DNA of 64,000 nucleotides. Origin: Candidatus Aenigmatarchaeota archaeon (lineage in GTDB: Archaea; Aenigmatarchaeota; Aenigmatarchaeia; PWEA01; JACQIF01). The notes beneath the pieces are model-generated. The model did not search any database and had not been told where the DNA came from. It worked only from the letters and a program-made list of their open reading frames with translations. Positions 19,003 to 28,700 of the stretch are shown in pieces (position 1 is the stretch's first letter; each line of letters starts with the position of its first letter). The stretch is from positions 352,001 to 416,000 of the forward strand of contig CP066684.1 of assembly GCA_016432325.1 (NCBI GenBank). The letters are read 5' to 3'. The position numbers and the translations under genes are program-made.

Positions 19003-20003
19003 ACGTACGCGGTCTCCCACGTCTTCAGCCCTTCGTAGTCGAACGACACAGTCATCGTCTCGAATCCTTTCCTTTTCAGGTCCCGCGCAAGCAGAGGCCT
19101 TTTTCCGGGGCCGCATAGGAACAACATAAAACCGCCGCCTCCGGCTCCCGTAACTTTACCTCCGAGGACGCCGTTGTCGCGAGCGTGCCTGTAGAGGTCG
19201 TCCAGATGTCTGTTCGATATCTTGGCGCTGAATCTCTTCTTCGTTTCCCATCCTTCGTGGAGCAGTTCCCCCAACCTAATCAGGTTTCCTGACTCCAGAG
19301 CGTCGCGCGCAGAGAATGCGATCCTCTTGGTCTTGTGAAACTCGTCTGTCGCACCTCTCTGGTCCTTGATTATGTCGCTGCCGCTTCCTATTGAGCGGCC
19401 TCCGGTATAGACGAGAAGCAGGTGCTGCTCCAAATCTAGGCGCGTCTGCTCATCCACGCGCAACGGAGTGACGCGCACGTTGTCCTTTCCGAACGTAATT
19501 CCGTTGAGTCCTCCATACGCTGCGGCGTACTGGTCCTGCTTGCCTCCTGCAACCTTCAGCTCTTCCCTCTCAAGACGCAGCGCGGTCTCTGCCATGCCGT
19601 GGCGCGACATCCCCCTGCCGTCGAGTCCGTCAAATGCTCCGACAAGAGAGACGAAGGCTGACGCGGAGCCTCCCAAACCCGACGCAGGAGGCACCTCTGT
19701 GAAGAAGGAAACGTCGACGCCGCGGCCTTTTGTGTTCATCCCCCGCACAGCAGCCTTGAGGAGGTCCATGTCTTTGTTGCTAGTCATGCTTTCCTGGGAA
19801 GCGAATCGACGAGTCTGCAAGAGGTCTCCAGATGTGATAACGATCTCTCTGTTACCCGTAGGCGCAAGAGTGGTGTGCGCGTAAAGTCTTATCGCGCCCG
19901 AAACGACGTAGCCGCCGTGCTCGTCGCAGTACGGAGGGACGTCAGTGCCGCCGCCTGCGAAAGAGATTCTCATGGGCGCGCGGCTGCGAATGGGCATGCG
20001 CAT
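18999..20003 (-). CDS. GHMP sugar kinase (HddA-like heptose-7-phosphate kinase)
   Basis: APMRISFAGGGTD, PPASGLGGS, GKQDQY, GAGGGG. Confidence 0.85.
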   Translation of the reverse strand: MRMPIRSRAPMRISFAGGGTDVPPYCDEHGGYVVSGAIRLYAHTTLAPTGNREIVITSGDLLQTRRFASQESMTSNKDMDLLKAAVRGMNTKGRGVDVSFFTEVPPASGLGGSASAFVSLVGAFDGLDGRGMSRHGMAETALRLEREELKVAGGKQDQYAAAYGGLNGITFGKDNVRVTPLRVDEQTRLDLEQHLLLVYTGGRSIGSGSDIIKDQRGATDEFHKTKRIAFSARDALESGNLIRLGELLHEGWETKKRFSAKISNRHLDDLYRHARDNGVLGGKVTGAGGGGFMLFLCGPGKRPLLARDLKRKGFETMTVSFDYEGLKTWETAYV

Positions 20004-20050
20004 TGGACTGCTTGTCCAAGTTATTTATACGTTGCGCGCCAGTTCATTCC

Positions 20051-20821
20051 ATGGTATTCAGACGCAACAGGTTCCCCCAGACAAGCGAAATCGTCATAGG
20101 CACTGTGAAGGCCGTCAACCCGTATTCGGTTTTCGTAAGACTTGACGAGTACCCTGCAGAAGGCATGGTCCATGTCTCAGAGGTCGCCAGAAAGTGGGTG
20201 CGCGACATCCGCACCTTCGCCAAGGAGGGCGGCAAGGTCGTCTGCGTTGTCATGGGCGTCGACGAACAGAAGGGGCACCTCGCCCTTTCGATGAAACGCG
20301 TTTCCGACGGCGAGAAGAACCGCCGCCTGCAGGAGTGGAAACGCGACCAGAAGGGAGAGAAGCTGCTTGAGAAAGTCGGGGAGAAAAAAGGGCTGAAACT
20401 CAATGAAGTATACGAGAGCGTCGGCTTCGACATACAGGACGCATTTCGCGACATGCTCGAGGCGTTCGAGACCGCGCAGAAGGACGTAACGCTCTTGGAA
20501 CGCAAGGGCTTTACAAAGGAATGGGTTTCTGTTCTCAGGGAAATCGCCGATGAAAATCTCGAGATAAAGGAGAAGGAGATAAGGGGCGTCCTGGAAGCGA
20601 AGCTCTACACTCCTGACGCCATCGACACGCTGAAGCGCGCGTTCGGGGACGCGGCCAAGAAGCACGGCGTCTCGATACGCTACGTCTCTGCGCCCCGTTA
20701 CTCAATAACGTTCACGACTGCCGACCCGAAGAAGGGGGACAAGCTGGTGAACGGGGCCGCCGAAGAAATAATGAAGGCCGTGCGTTCGCAAGGCGGCGAG
20801 GCTTCGTTTGAGATGGAGTGA
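20051..20821 (+). CDS. eif2a: Translation initiation factor 2 alpha subunit
   Basis: S1 domain GMVHVSEVARKWVRDI, YVSAPRY; operon context. Confidence 0.92.
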   Translation: MVFRRNRFPQTSEIVIGTVKAVNPYSVFVRLDEYPAEGMVHVSEVARKWVRDIRTFAKEGGKVVCVVMGVDEQKGHLALSMKRVSDGEKNRRLQEWKRDQKGEKLLEKVGEKKGLKLNEVYESVGFDIQDAFRDMLEAFETAQKDVTLLERKGFTKEWVSVLREIADENLEIKEKEIRGVLEAKLYTPDAIDTLKRAFGDAAKKHGVSIRYVSAPRYSITFTTADPKKGDKLVNGAAEEIMKAVRSQGGEASFEME

Positions 20822-20827
20822 GCACGC

Positions 20828-20980
20828 ATGAAGAAATGCTTCTCTTGCGGGCGTTACACGTTCAAACCCGCCTGCCCGGCCTGCGGCACGAAGACGCGCG
20901 ACCCCAAACCGGTGCGCTTTTCTCCCGAAGACCGCTACGGAAAGTACAGGAGAATGGCGAAGGCGGCACGGAAGGACTGA
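20828..20980 (+). CDS. nop10: H/ACA RNP protein Nop10
   Basis: Manual [23 protein letters not shown]...[15 protein letters not shown]. Confidence 0.92.
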   Translation: MKKCFSCGRYTFKPACPACGTKTRDPKPVRFSPEDRYGKYRRMAKAARKD

Positions 20981-21024
20981 TGTAACATATTTATAACCTA
21001 CTGGGCAACTCTCATCGGATTTCC

Positions 21025-21810
21025 ATGCAAACCTATATCCGCGTTCTGGAGAAACCAAAACTAAAGAACCCCATACTAATCGAGGGTCTGCCCGGAATAG
21101 GCAACGTCGGCCGCATCGCCGCCGGATACCTCATCGAAGAGCTGAAGGCCAAGAAGTTCGCCGAGCTCTATTCTCCTCACTTCCTGCCTTACGTGCTGCT
21201 GCACGACAACGTGGCCGAAGTCCTCAAGAACGAATTCTACTTCTGGAAAAACCCGAAAGGCGACGACATCATAATACTCGTCGGCGACTCGCAGGCAGGG
21301 GACCCCAGCGGCGTCGGCCACTACGAGGTTGTCGAGAAGATACTGGATTTCTGCCAGGAGCTCGGCGTCAAGAAGATATTCACCCTTGGAGGATTCGCCA
21401 CCGGCGAGATAGAGGAGATGAAGGGCATCGAAGTGCTGGGAGCCGTCAATGAGGCCAAGCTCGCCAAGACGTACGCGTCCGCAGGCGTGAACTTTTCAGA
21501 CACCGCCTCGCGCATCGGCATGATAGTGGGCGCGACAGGCCTGCTGATAGGTCTCGCGAAGCAAAGGAACATGGAAGGGGTCTGCCTGATGGGCGAGACC
21601 GCGGGCTTCCCGATTCTGACGGACCCGAGAGCCGCGGAGAAGGTCCTGCAATCCCTCGCCAAGATGCTCGGCGTCGCGGTCGATTTGGGAACCCTCGACA
21701 AGCGCGTCAAGGAGATGGAGGAGTTCCTCAAGAAGATAGAGAAGATGCAGCAGAAGGCCATGAAACAGCTCACGACCAAGGAGGGCGAGAAGCTGTCGTA
21801 CATCGGCTAG
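21025..21810 (+). CDS. Proteasome assembly chaperone (PAC2 family)
   Basis: IEGLPGIGNVG, TLGG, CLMGET, DPRAA; conserved position after nop10. Confidence 0.9.
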   Translation: MQTYIRVLEKPKLKNPILIEGLPGIGNVGRIAAGYLIEELKAKKFAELYSPHFLPYVLLHDNVAEVLKNEFYFWKNPKGDDIIILVGDSQAGDPSGVGHYEVVEKILDFCQELGVKKIFTLGGFATGEIEEMKGIEVLGAVNEAKLAKTYASAGVNFSDTASRIGMIVGATGLLIGLAKQRNMEGVCLMGETAGFPILTDPRAAEKVLQSLAKMLGVAVDLGTLDKRVKEMEEFLKKIEKMQQKAMKQLTTKEGEKLSYIG

Positions 21811-21854
21811 GCCTGAAAACTGCGTTTAAATACTTGTCTGCGGGTCAGGGTGTT

Positions 21855-22091
21855 ATGACTGCAACAGAGGGGCTCATCGGCCGCGTTTTCAATCCGGAAC
21901 GCGTCACCAAGTTCGAGAAGACCAGAATCATAGGAGCGCGTGCGCTGCAGATAGCCGTGGGAGCGCCGCTGCTCATGGAGATAAAGGGAAAGCTCACCGA
22001 GCCCATAGACCTTGCAAAGATGGAGTTCGCCGAAGGCGTGATACCAATATCAGTCCGCAGGGCCATGCCCAAGAAGCTGGAGAAGAAGTGA
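21855..22091 (+). CDS. rpoK: RNA polymerase subunit K (Rpo6)
   Basis: TKFEKTRIIGARALQIAVGAP. Confidence 0.93.
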   Translation: MTATEGLIGRVFNPERVTKFEKTRIIGARALQIAVGAPLLMEIKGKLTEPIDLAKMEFAEGVIPISVRRAMPKKLEKK

Positions 22092-22095
22092 ATTC

Positions 22096-22299
22096 ATGGA
22101 ACCTCAGGAAATTAGCGAACACGACCGCAATATTATCAGAGCTCTTCGAATCCCCCACGTGCACGGGTGCACCCTTGTCGCAGAGTTTGGTGAGCCCGAA
22201 GATAGGTCGTGCTGCGACGCGCGCAGAGAGCTCAGGGATTATCTTAGAAAGAAGGGCCTTGTCAGAGACGGCTTCGAACAGGACATACCATACAAGTGA
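22096..22299 (+). CDS. Small hypothetical protein, paralog of next ORF
   Basis: 67 aa, aligns by eye with 22296-22499. Confidence 0.6.
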   Translation: MEPQEISEHDRNIIRALRIPHVHGCTLVAEFGEPEDRSCCDARRELRDYLRKKGLVRDGFEQDIPYK

Positions 22300-22499
22300 T
22301 GCAAATGGTTGTACTAAGCGAGAGCGTCCGTAACATCAGAGTCGCAATGATTCCTCTAGGAGATGACGGCTGCACAGTCTTCAGCGAATACAACAACGGA
22401 GAATATTCCGCCGGAGACGACTTCCTGCAGGACTTGATCTACGATGGCCTGTTGGTAGACGGACTGCGAAAGCGCTCTGATATTCCAGGAAAATGCTAG
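22296..22499 (+). CDS. Small hypothetical protein, paralog of previous ORF
   Basis: 67 aa, GTGA overlap with previous stop. Confidence 0.6.
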   Translation: MMQMVVLSESVRNIRVAMIPLGDDGCTVFSEYNNGEYSAGDDFLQDLIYDGLLVDGLRKRSDIPGKC

Positions 22500-22606
22500 C
22501 CGTGTTCTTTCTTCTGCCGCGCTTCAAGCCAGTTCCATGCTATCAGGGCAATCATCAGGAACGTGCCGCCGAATATCGCTATCGCGGTGCCCAACTGGTT
22601 TGGCAT
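22496..22606 (-). CDS. Small single-TM protein (36 aa)
   Basis: MPNQLGTAIAIFGGTFLMIALIAWNWLEARQKKEHG; TATA about 25 nt upstream. Confidence 0.5.
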   Translation of the reverse strand: MPNQLGTAIAIFGGTFLMIALIAWNWLEARQKKEHG

Positions 22607-22664
22607 GCGATAGGTGCGGAAAAAGCGTTTAAATACGTGACTAATACACCAACAGTGTGATTGC

Positions 22665-23261
22665 GTGAGTGAAATGACAGAACTTGCAGACAGAAACTTG
22701 TATCTCGCGGCAGGCGTGCACATCGGCATGCGCGAGAAGAACAAGGAGATGCTCGAATACGTGTTCAAGAGGCGCGCGGACGGCTTGAGCGTACTGGACA
22801 TCGAGAAGACCGACGTGAAGATAAAGGCCGCGGGCTCCTTCCTCGGGCGCTTCACTCCTTCAAAAGTTCTGGTCGTGAGCAGGAAAGCCGCGGGACACAA
22901 GGCCGCGATGCGCTTCTCAGACGCAACGGGCGCGCGAAACATCGTAGGCCGCTTCATGCCCGGCGCGTTGACCAATCCTTCTTTCAAGGACTATTTCGAA
23001 GCGGACGCCGTAATACTCATAGATCCTGCGTCAGACAAGCAGGCTCTCAAGGAAGCGATTCAGCGCGGCATCCCCGTGGTGGCGCTCTGCGATACGTACA
23101 ACGGCGTGGAGTTCATAGACCTCGTGATTCCGACCAACAACAAGGGCAAGAAGGCGGTCGGACTCGTTCTCTACCTCTTGGCAAAGGAGATGATCAAGGC
23201 GCGCGGAGCGGACGACGCCACTGTCGCTTCTCTTAATCTAGAAAGGTTCCAGGAAGAGTAG
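22665..23261 (+). CDS. rps2: 30S ribosomal protein S2 (uS2)
   Basis: YLAAGVHIG, GRFMPGALTNP, IPTNNKG. Confidence 0.95.
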   Translation: MSEMTELADRNLYLAAGVHIGMREKNKEMLEYVFKRRADGLSVLDIEKTDVKIKAAGSFLGRFTPSKVLVVSRKAAGHKAAMRFSDATGARNIVGRFMPGALTNPSFKDYFEADAVILIDPASDKQALKEAIQRGIPVVALCDTYNGVEFIDLVIPTNNKGKKAVGLVLYLLAKEMIKARGADDATVASLNLERFQEE

Positions 23262-23304
23262 GCCCGATATACGCCAATTTAAACTCGTTTATCAAACCAA
23301 TCCC

Positions 23305-23889
23305 ATGCAAAAAGACAATCCAGCAGACATGTACCCCAGGCTGAAGCGCGGCCCGCAGACTCTCTTGCAGAAAGACATCGGTCTCATCCTCGCCTACACA
23401 GGCGTCTCTGACGGCTGGCGCGTCATCGAGGGCGGCACAGGCTCAGGCGCTCTGACAATCTATCTGGCCAACGCCGTGCGTCCGTCAGGCAAGGTCTACT
23501 CCTACGACTGGCGGCCAGAACACCAGAGCGTGGCCAAGCACAACATCAATCCCACGTCGTTGAAGAGTTTCGTGGTTTTCAAAGAGGCCGACATCTACGA
23601 GACGGATTTCACAGAGAAGGACGTGGATATGGTGACGCTGGACGTCGCAGAACCGTGGCACGTCTACAAGGCCGCCAAGAACTCCCTGAGAAGCGGCGGT
23701 TTTCTCGTCACGTTCATACCCACGTACGAGCAGCTGAAGAAGTGCACGCGTTCTTTGGCGCGTTCCAAGTTCCGCGACATCAAAGTCGTCGACTGCCTGT
23801 TGAGGGAATACAAAGCCGAAGAAAACTCCACGCGCCCGGAGAGCACAGGAATAATGCACACGGGATTCCTGATATTTGCGAGGAAGTGA
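23305..23889 (+). CDS. trmI: tRNA (adenine-N1)-methyltransferase TrmI, copy 1 (short)
   Basis: KRGPQ...KDIG, EGGTGSG, LDVAEPW, TRP...HTGFL. Confidence 0.88.
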   Translation: MQKDNPADMYPRLKRGPQTLLQKDIGLILAYTGVSDGWRVIEGGTGSGALTIYLANAVRPSGKVYSYDWRPEHQSVAKHNINPTSLKSFVVFKEADIYETDFTEKDVDMVTLDVAEPWHVYKAAKNSLRSGGFLVTFIPTYEQLKKCTRSLARSKFRDIKVVDCLLREYKAEENSTRPESTGIMHTGFLIFARK

Positions 23890-23923
23890 TGCAGAGGACT
23901 GTTGTGGCGCACGCGCCCTCGTA

Positions 23924-24388
23924 TTACCCGCCACCGCCGCCTCCGTCGCCAATCGGTTCTGTTGAAGACAGAGCGCCCATAAGCGCGTCGTACGCCTGCG
24001 GGAAACTCTCTCCGACAAAGGGTAGGACTGATTTGTCCGTTGCGTCGTATTTTATTCCCAAGTAGACCTTGTTGTCTCCACCTTCGGCGAAGATATGCCT
24101 GCCTTTCATAATCCAGTCGTCCACAGGATCCGACGCATACTCTTGGCCGCGTTCGTATCGAGGGTGCCTGAGACCCTCCCATGATAGGTAGTCGAAGGAT
24201 ACGGCCGCCAGCGCGCTCTCGACAGTCGGCATTCTCGCGCCGGCCTTTACACGAGTCCTGGCCCGCGGATTGGGGCTAACGAGCACGGCTTCTCTCAAGT
24301 CGTTGCCGACCTTGCGTACCTTGAGGGCGAGGCCCTTTTGCAGGGCCGCATCGATGCCGCCGAAAAGGTATCTTGCATGATGGGTCAT
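23924..24388 (-). CDS. Hypothetical protein
   Basis: 154-aa ORF with poly-Gly tail, no motif recognised. Confidence 0.55.
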   Translation of the reverse strand: MTHHARYLFGGIDAALQKGLALKVRKVGNDLREAVLVSPNPRARTRVKAGARMPTVESALAAVSFDYLSWEGLRHPRYERGQEYASDPVDDWIMKGRHIFAEGGDNKVYLGIKYDATDKSVLPFVGESFPQAYDALMGALSSTEPIGDGGGGGG

Positions 24389-24435
24389 TCTACATCACCA
24401 GTGACGCGCATATTACACTATCGATGAAAATCTAT

Positions 24436-24915
24436 TTATAGAACGTAATCGTGAAGCACGTCCGTTCGCCCTGTGAACGCCTCTCCAGTCGCGGGCTGCG
24501 GCTTGTACGAAGGAATCATGTGCAGAATCTTCCTGACGAACGGCTCCTTTGGTTCCTTCGGTTCCCGCGGCTTCATCTTCGTGAGCAGCCACGACGCGTG
24601 CGCCGAGCCGAGAGCTATGCCGGGCGCAGCGTCGCGGAACAGGTCATTGAAGAAGTACAAAGGAAGGTCATATGCAGGGTTAACGACTTCAATTGCCTTT
24701 TGCACCGCATAATCGAACACGTACACCGTCCCCTCTGCGGCGGCTGTGGCGACGGCACTCGTACCAACCGCGCGCAGCGACTTTTCTACTCGGCTCGTCA
24801 CGGCGTCACCCGCCCTGCGGTTGATCAATTCGGCCCATCCGCCGCCGTACATGAGACCGAACACGTAACCGAAGACGTTCTGAGCTCCGTAATGCACGAG
24901 CTTCCCTTCCTCCAT
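24436..24915 (-). CDS. Hypothetical protein (possibly membrane-associated)
   Basis: ORF with upstream TTTAAAT; no motif recognised. Confidence 0.55.
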   Translation of the reverse strand: MEEGKLVHYGAQNVFGYVFGLMYGGGWAELINRRAGDAVTSRVEKSLRAVGTSAVATAAAEGTVYVFDYAVQKAIEVVNPAYDLPLYFFNDLFRDAAPGIALGSAHASWLLTKMKPREPKEPKEPFVRKILHMIPSYKPQPATGEAFTGRTDVLHDYVL

Positions 24916-25075
24916 GAAATCAACAGAGCAATTGGACGAAAACAATTTAAATGCTTAACCATTCCAAACGTTTTGGGTGCAATTCATTACAACTACGAAA
25001 GCCGACTTCACTCCTTTCCGCGAGTACGCGGAGACGCACGAGAGTCAGAACAGACGAACTTGTCTGGAAAGATGA

Positions 25076-26260
25076 TTACATTCGCAAACCAGTCTGTTCC
25101 AAGTGAACCCGTCCTCCAACCATGACAAACAGCACAACTGCCGCGACAAGCGCGCACATCATGAACACCGCGCTTTCCCCGGAAATCACCATGGCGGCGC
25201 CTAGGGCTGTCGGTCCCACCACGCTTCCCGCGGTTTCTATGACCTGCATCGCGCCCTCAACCCTGCCGTAGTGCGAACTTTGCGCCAAGCGTGTCACGAT
25301 GCCCTGCGACGAGAGCGTGACCAACTGAGTGACCACGCCTATCAGGAAGGCCAGAGCGAGTTGGGCCTCGTACGCCACGAACCCGAGCGCGGCAATCAGC
25401 GGCACCAGCAGGGCCGTGCCGATGAATATGGAGTTCGTTCCCAGCCTGTCCGCAATCCCTCCCAGCCAGCGGGAGAAAAGCGCGGGAATCGTGAAGACAG
25501 CGGTGATGAGTATGACCTGCTGGAGAGTGCCTCCTTCGGTGTAGACGTATATGGGAATGAAGAACGAGACTATCGTTCCGAGAAATCCCAAAAAGAGGAC
25601 GAAAAATCCGGCGTACTTCAATCCCTTATTCCATTTCATCACCGCGGGCACGAAGGACCCGTATGTTTCCAACAAGTTCGTGCCTGAGGTTTTCTTCATG
25701 TCAGGCGGCAGGCCGAAATAGATTATGAGCAACGCGGCGACGGCCATTATGGATACGGCCGCAAACATCATGTGAAGCGGCACGTAGGCGACGGCGAAAA
25801 GGCTCAGCAGGAGAGCCGCCACCCACCAAAAGTTCGACACTGTGTCAAAATACCCGAAGGTCGTGGCTATGATTTTCCGCCGGGCGTGCCTTCGTATGTA
25901 GGTATTTCTTCCCACGACGTCAAGCGCATAAGCAGGTCCGTTCAGGAATCTTGCGGCTATGACCAATGAGACCGAACCGAACACCCCGGCCAGAACGTAT
26001 CCCAGTCCGATGATGGGATAGAGAAGCAGTCCGATGAGAACCAGCGTTCTGGCGCTCGTCCTGTCGCCCAGCGCTCCGGCAAAGGGCAGGAACAGAAGAA
26101 ACGAGACGTAGTAGGCCGCGGTCAGGAGGCCCGCCGAAAGATAATCCTGGGTGAACTGGTAGAGGAATATGGGTATCAGTGCCTCCACGAATCCCCATCC
26201 GAACCATCGCACGCCAGTCGCCCACGAGAGGACTTTGATGCCGTTGGGAATTTGTTTCAT
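25076..26260 (-). CDS. MFS transporter
   Basis: About 12 TM helices, GALGDR..R and GGIADRLG motifs. Confidence 0.85.
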   Translation of the reverse strand: MKQIPNGIKVLSWATGVRWFGWGFVEALIPIFLYQFTQDYLSAGLLTAAYYVSFLLFLPFAGALGDRTSARTLVLIGLLLYPIIGLGYVLAGVFGSVSLVIAARFLNGPAYALDVVGRNTYIRRHARRKIIATTFGYFDTVSNFWWVAALLLSLFAVAYVPLHMMFAAVSIMAVAALLIIYFGLPPDMKKTSGTNLLETYGSFVPAVMKWNKGLKYAGFFVLFLGFLGTIVSFFIPIYVYTEGGTLQQVILITAVFTIPALFSRWLGGIADRLGTNSIFIGTALLVPLIAALGFVAYEAQLALAFLIGVVTQLVTLSSQGIVTRLAQSSHYGRVEGAMQVIETAGSVVGPTALGAAMVISGESAVFMMCALVAAVVLFVMVGGRVHLEQTGLRM

Positions 26261-26313
26261 GAGATGGCCTCGATGGTTATGGCGCCCCTTATTCAAATAG
26301 CGTGCGCCGGATT

Positions 26314-26883
26314 CTATTTAGGCCCGGGAAGCGGCACGCGCCTGAACTTTGCCCTTTCGACGCACGAATTGTTGGTCATATTCTGGTGCCGCAGGAGGGC
26401 CAGCGCCTCCTTATGCAGTGTGCGGGTGGAGCTGGACTCGACGCACTCCTCTATCACGTAGGTGAACATCCCCAAATCGAAGGCCTCGTATGCGGTGGCG
26501 ATTATGCAGTCGTTCGTGTCATAACCCGCGACGTGGACCTCATCTATCTTATGCTTCCTGAACAGGGCGGCAAGGTCCGGCTTTCCCTTGAACGCGGATT
26601 TGGTCTCCTTTTCTATGCGCACCGACCCCAGCGTGCGCAATGCCTCGGCCAAGACAGGGACCGTGAAAAAGCCTGCGTTCCTAGGGCATGTCCATTTCTG
26701 CTGCCTGTCCCAGATGCCGCCGCGTTCCGCGTGGAACAGCGCCTCCGCATAAAGATTGTAATCGACGCCGTCAAGAAGGCGCCTGATGTTTTGTATTACG
26801 TGCCTGTTTCCGCGGTTGACGAAGGCCGGCTGGACGTCGACAACAATCAACGCGCGCCTTCTGCCCGTGTCTGGTATCCGCAT
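26314..26883 (-). CDS. Isochorismatase-like cysteine hydrolase
   Basis: ALIVVDVQ, K..SAF, GYDTNDCI (D-K-C triad). Confidence 0.85.
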   Translation of the reverse strand: MRIPDTGRRRALIVVDVQPAFVNRGNRHVIQNIRRLLDGVDYNLYAEALFHAERGGIWDRQQKWTCPRNAGFFTVPVLAEALRTLGSVRIEKETKSAFKGKPDLAALFRKHKIDEVHVAGYDTNDCIIATAYEAFDLGMFTYVIEECVESSSTRTLHKEALALLRHQNMTNNSCVERAKFRRVPLPGPK

Positions 26884-27058
26884 GCAAGTAGCATCACTCG
26901 CGGTCTTAATAAGACTGCGGAAACGAGATGCACAAGTCCGCTTCGGTCATCGGTGGCTGGAGCAATCGAATGGGCTACAAGAAGATATTGTGGGCGGTGG
27001 CGAGAAAGTAATGTTTAGACGCAGTTGCAGCGATCAATCAAGTATTTAAGTTTGCACG

Positions 27059-27751
27059 TTGAACCTGACAGAGGCGAAAGATGTGGGTTCCAAAGCCGCG
27101 GTTATTGAACGAACGAATGTTCTGAAAGATGATTATAAAACGATTGCAAACCGGGGAGGCATACGAATCGTTCTGAACTACTTCGGTTTTCCAACTGTGT
27201 CCAGAGAAGCGGAATCTCTTGGACCGACGAAGCTTGTTGCATACCCATACGTCACGCTTGGCGGGCCTCTCGGAATCAGCGGCGAATCTCTAGCCTTCTG
27301 GACGAACGAAAGTAATGGAGAAGCGAGTTTGGAGGCGGCAATGCAATCCTCCATCGAGCAGTCAGCAGGATTACAATCCTTAAGACTCAGAACGCCAACA
27401 TCCCTGTCTTACCACAAGAACGACTGGTCTTCTGTCCAAGCGCCGTGGATGCTTCACCCCTTCTTCGAAGAAGAGTGGGTAAAAAACGACGGCACGACCG
27501 TTGAAGATGTATTGGTGCCGTTCCTAGCACATAGAATGAATACCAAATTGGACCATGATGGAAAAGGCCCTGTTACTCTTTATGTCCTCGATCCGTCATG
27601 GGCGGACGTCTTGGAGAAAATGGAGGCTGGGTTGGGTTCCAAAATGCGCTATGAGAAAACTGTTAATCTTCTCCATTCGCCTGTCACAGAAGAAATAACG
27701 TTGGAAAGGTTTAAGCAAAATTTAGAAGCACACAGAAAAGGTTCGCGCTAA
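27059..27751 (+). CDS. Hypothetical protein
   Basis: 230-aa ORF, more AT-rich than neighbours. Confidence 0.55.
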   Translation: MNLTEAKDVGSKAAVIERTNVLKDDYKTIANRGGIRIVLNYFGFPTVSREAESLGPTKLVAYPYVTLGGPLGISGESLAFWTNESNGEASLEAAMQSSIEQSAGLQSLRLRTPTSLSYHKNDWSSVQAPWMLHPFFEEEWVKNDGTTVEDVLVPFLAHRMNTKLDHDGKGPVTLYVLDPSWADVLEKMEAGLGSKMRYEKTVNLLHSPVTEEITLERFKQNLEAHRKGSR

Positions 27752-27863
27752 CCATTTAGTCTAATTTACAGCATTCTGCTCATCCAGACGAACTCGTGCC
27801 CTCAGGATATCTCAGGCCGGATGTCTTTAGCGCCATTTTATTCTCCTTCGCCAATTCTATCCC

Positions 27864-28700
27864 ATGATACTCCGCCACCCTTCAGCCGCAGGCCAGTACT
27901 ATCCGCGCGACCGCGTCTCTCTGGAACAGACGCTGACGGCGCTCACGCGCCGCGTGCGAACTCCTAAAAGAACGGTCCTCGGGGCTCTGGTGCCGCACAG
28001 CGGTGTTACGTACTGCGGAGAAACGCAGGCTTACGCGTACAAGTCCTTCGCCGGCTCGCCAATCTTCGTCATAATCGGCGCGAACCACGCGCGTCTGGGC
28101 GCACCCTACGCGATAATGACTCAGGGAACATGGGCCACGCCTCTGGGGAACGTCGGCATCGACAGCGAGCTTGCGAAAGCGATTGCGTCCAAAGCGCCCA
28201 TCCTCGCCAACGACATTCAAGCCTTCACGCAGGAACATTCCATAGAGACGCAGCTCCCGTGGCTGCAGCACCTCTTCCGCGACGTCGCATTCGTGCCGAT
28301 AAGCATCTACGGCGATGACGCCACCGCTTACAGGACGATCGGCGTTGCGATTCGTGCGGCCGCGAAGGAGACGGGCCGTTCCATCGCCGTGATTGCATCT
28401 TCGGATCTGACGCGCTACGGCGCGTCTTTTGCGTTCGCGCCGGTAGAAGGCGATGCCGCTCTCGACTGGATAAAGGAAACCGATCAGGCTGTGCTGGAAG
28501 CAATCGCGAAGATGGACGTCGAAACGCTTCTTAACGCCGCGGAAAGGACGAACTTATGCGGTCTCGGAGCGATAGCAACGATGCTCTACGCCTGCATGGA
28601 GGTCTCTACAGGAGGCACGCTGCTCCAGTACGCGACGTCTTTTCCCATAACACGCACGACGAGCGCCGTTACGTCGTACGCGGCTGTCGTGATGGAATAA
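27864..28700 (+). CDS. MEMO1 family protein (AmmeMemoRadiSam protein B)
   Basis: AGQYYP, PHSG, WATPLG, EHSIE, SSDL, CGLG. Confidence 0.9.
   Translation: MILRHPSAAGQYYPRDRVSLEQTLTALTRRVRTPKRTVLGALVPHSGVTYCGETQAYAYKSFAGSPIFVIIGANHARLGAPYAIMTQGTWATPLGNVGIDSELAKAIASKAPILANDIQAFTQEHSIETQLPWLQHLFRDVAFVPISIYGDDATAYRTIGVAIRAAAKETGRSIAVIASSDLTRYGASFAFAPVEGDAALDWIKETDQAVLEAIAKMDVETLLNAAERTNLCGLGAIATMLYACMEVSTGGTLLQYATSFPITRTTSAVTSYAAVVME

Noticed and set aside
26891-26931. Strong hairpin upstream of the isochorismatase gene as another decoy leader
   Set aside because: Hairpin is real, but the shared target is only 4-5 nt (ATGC), which is not distinguishable from chance.
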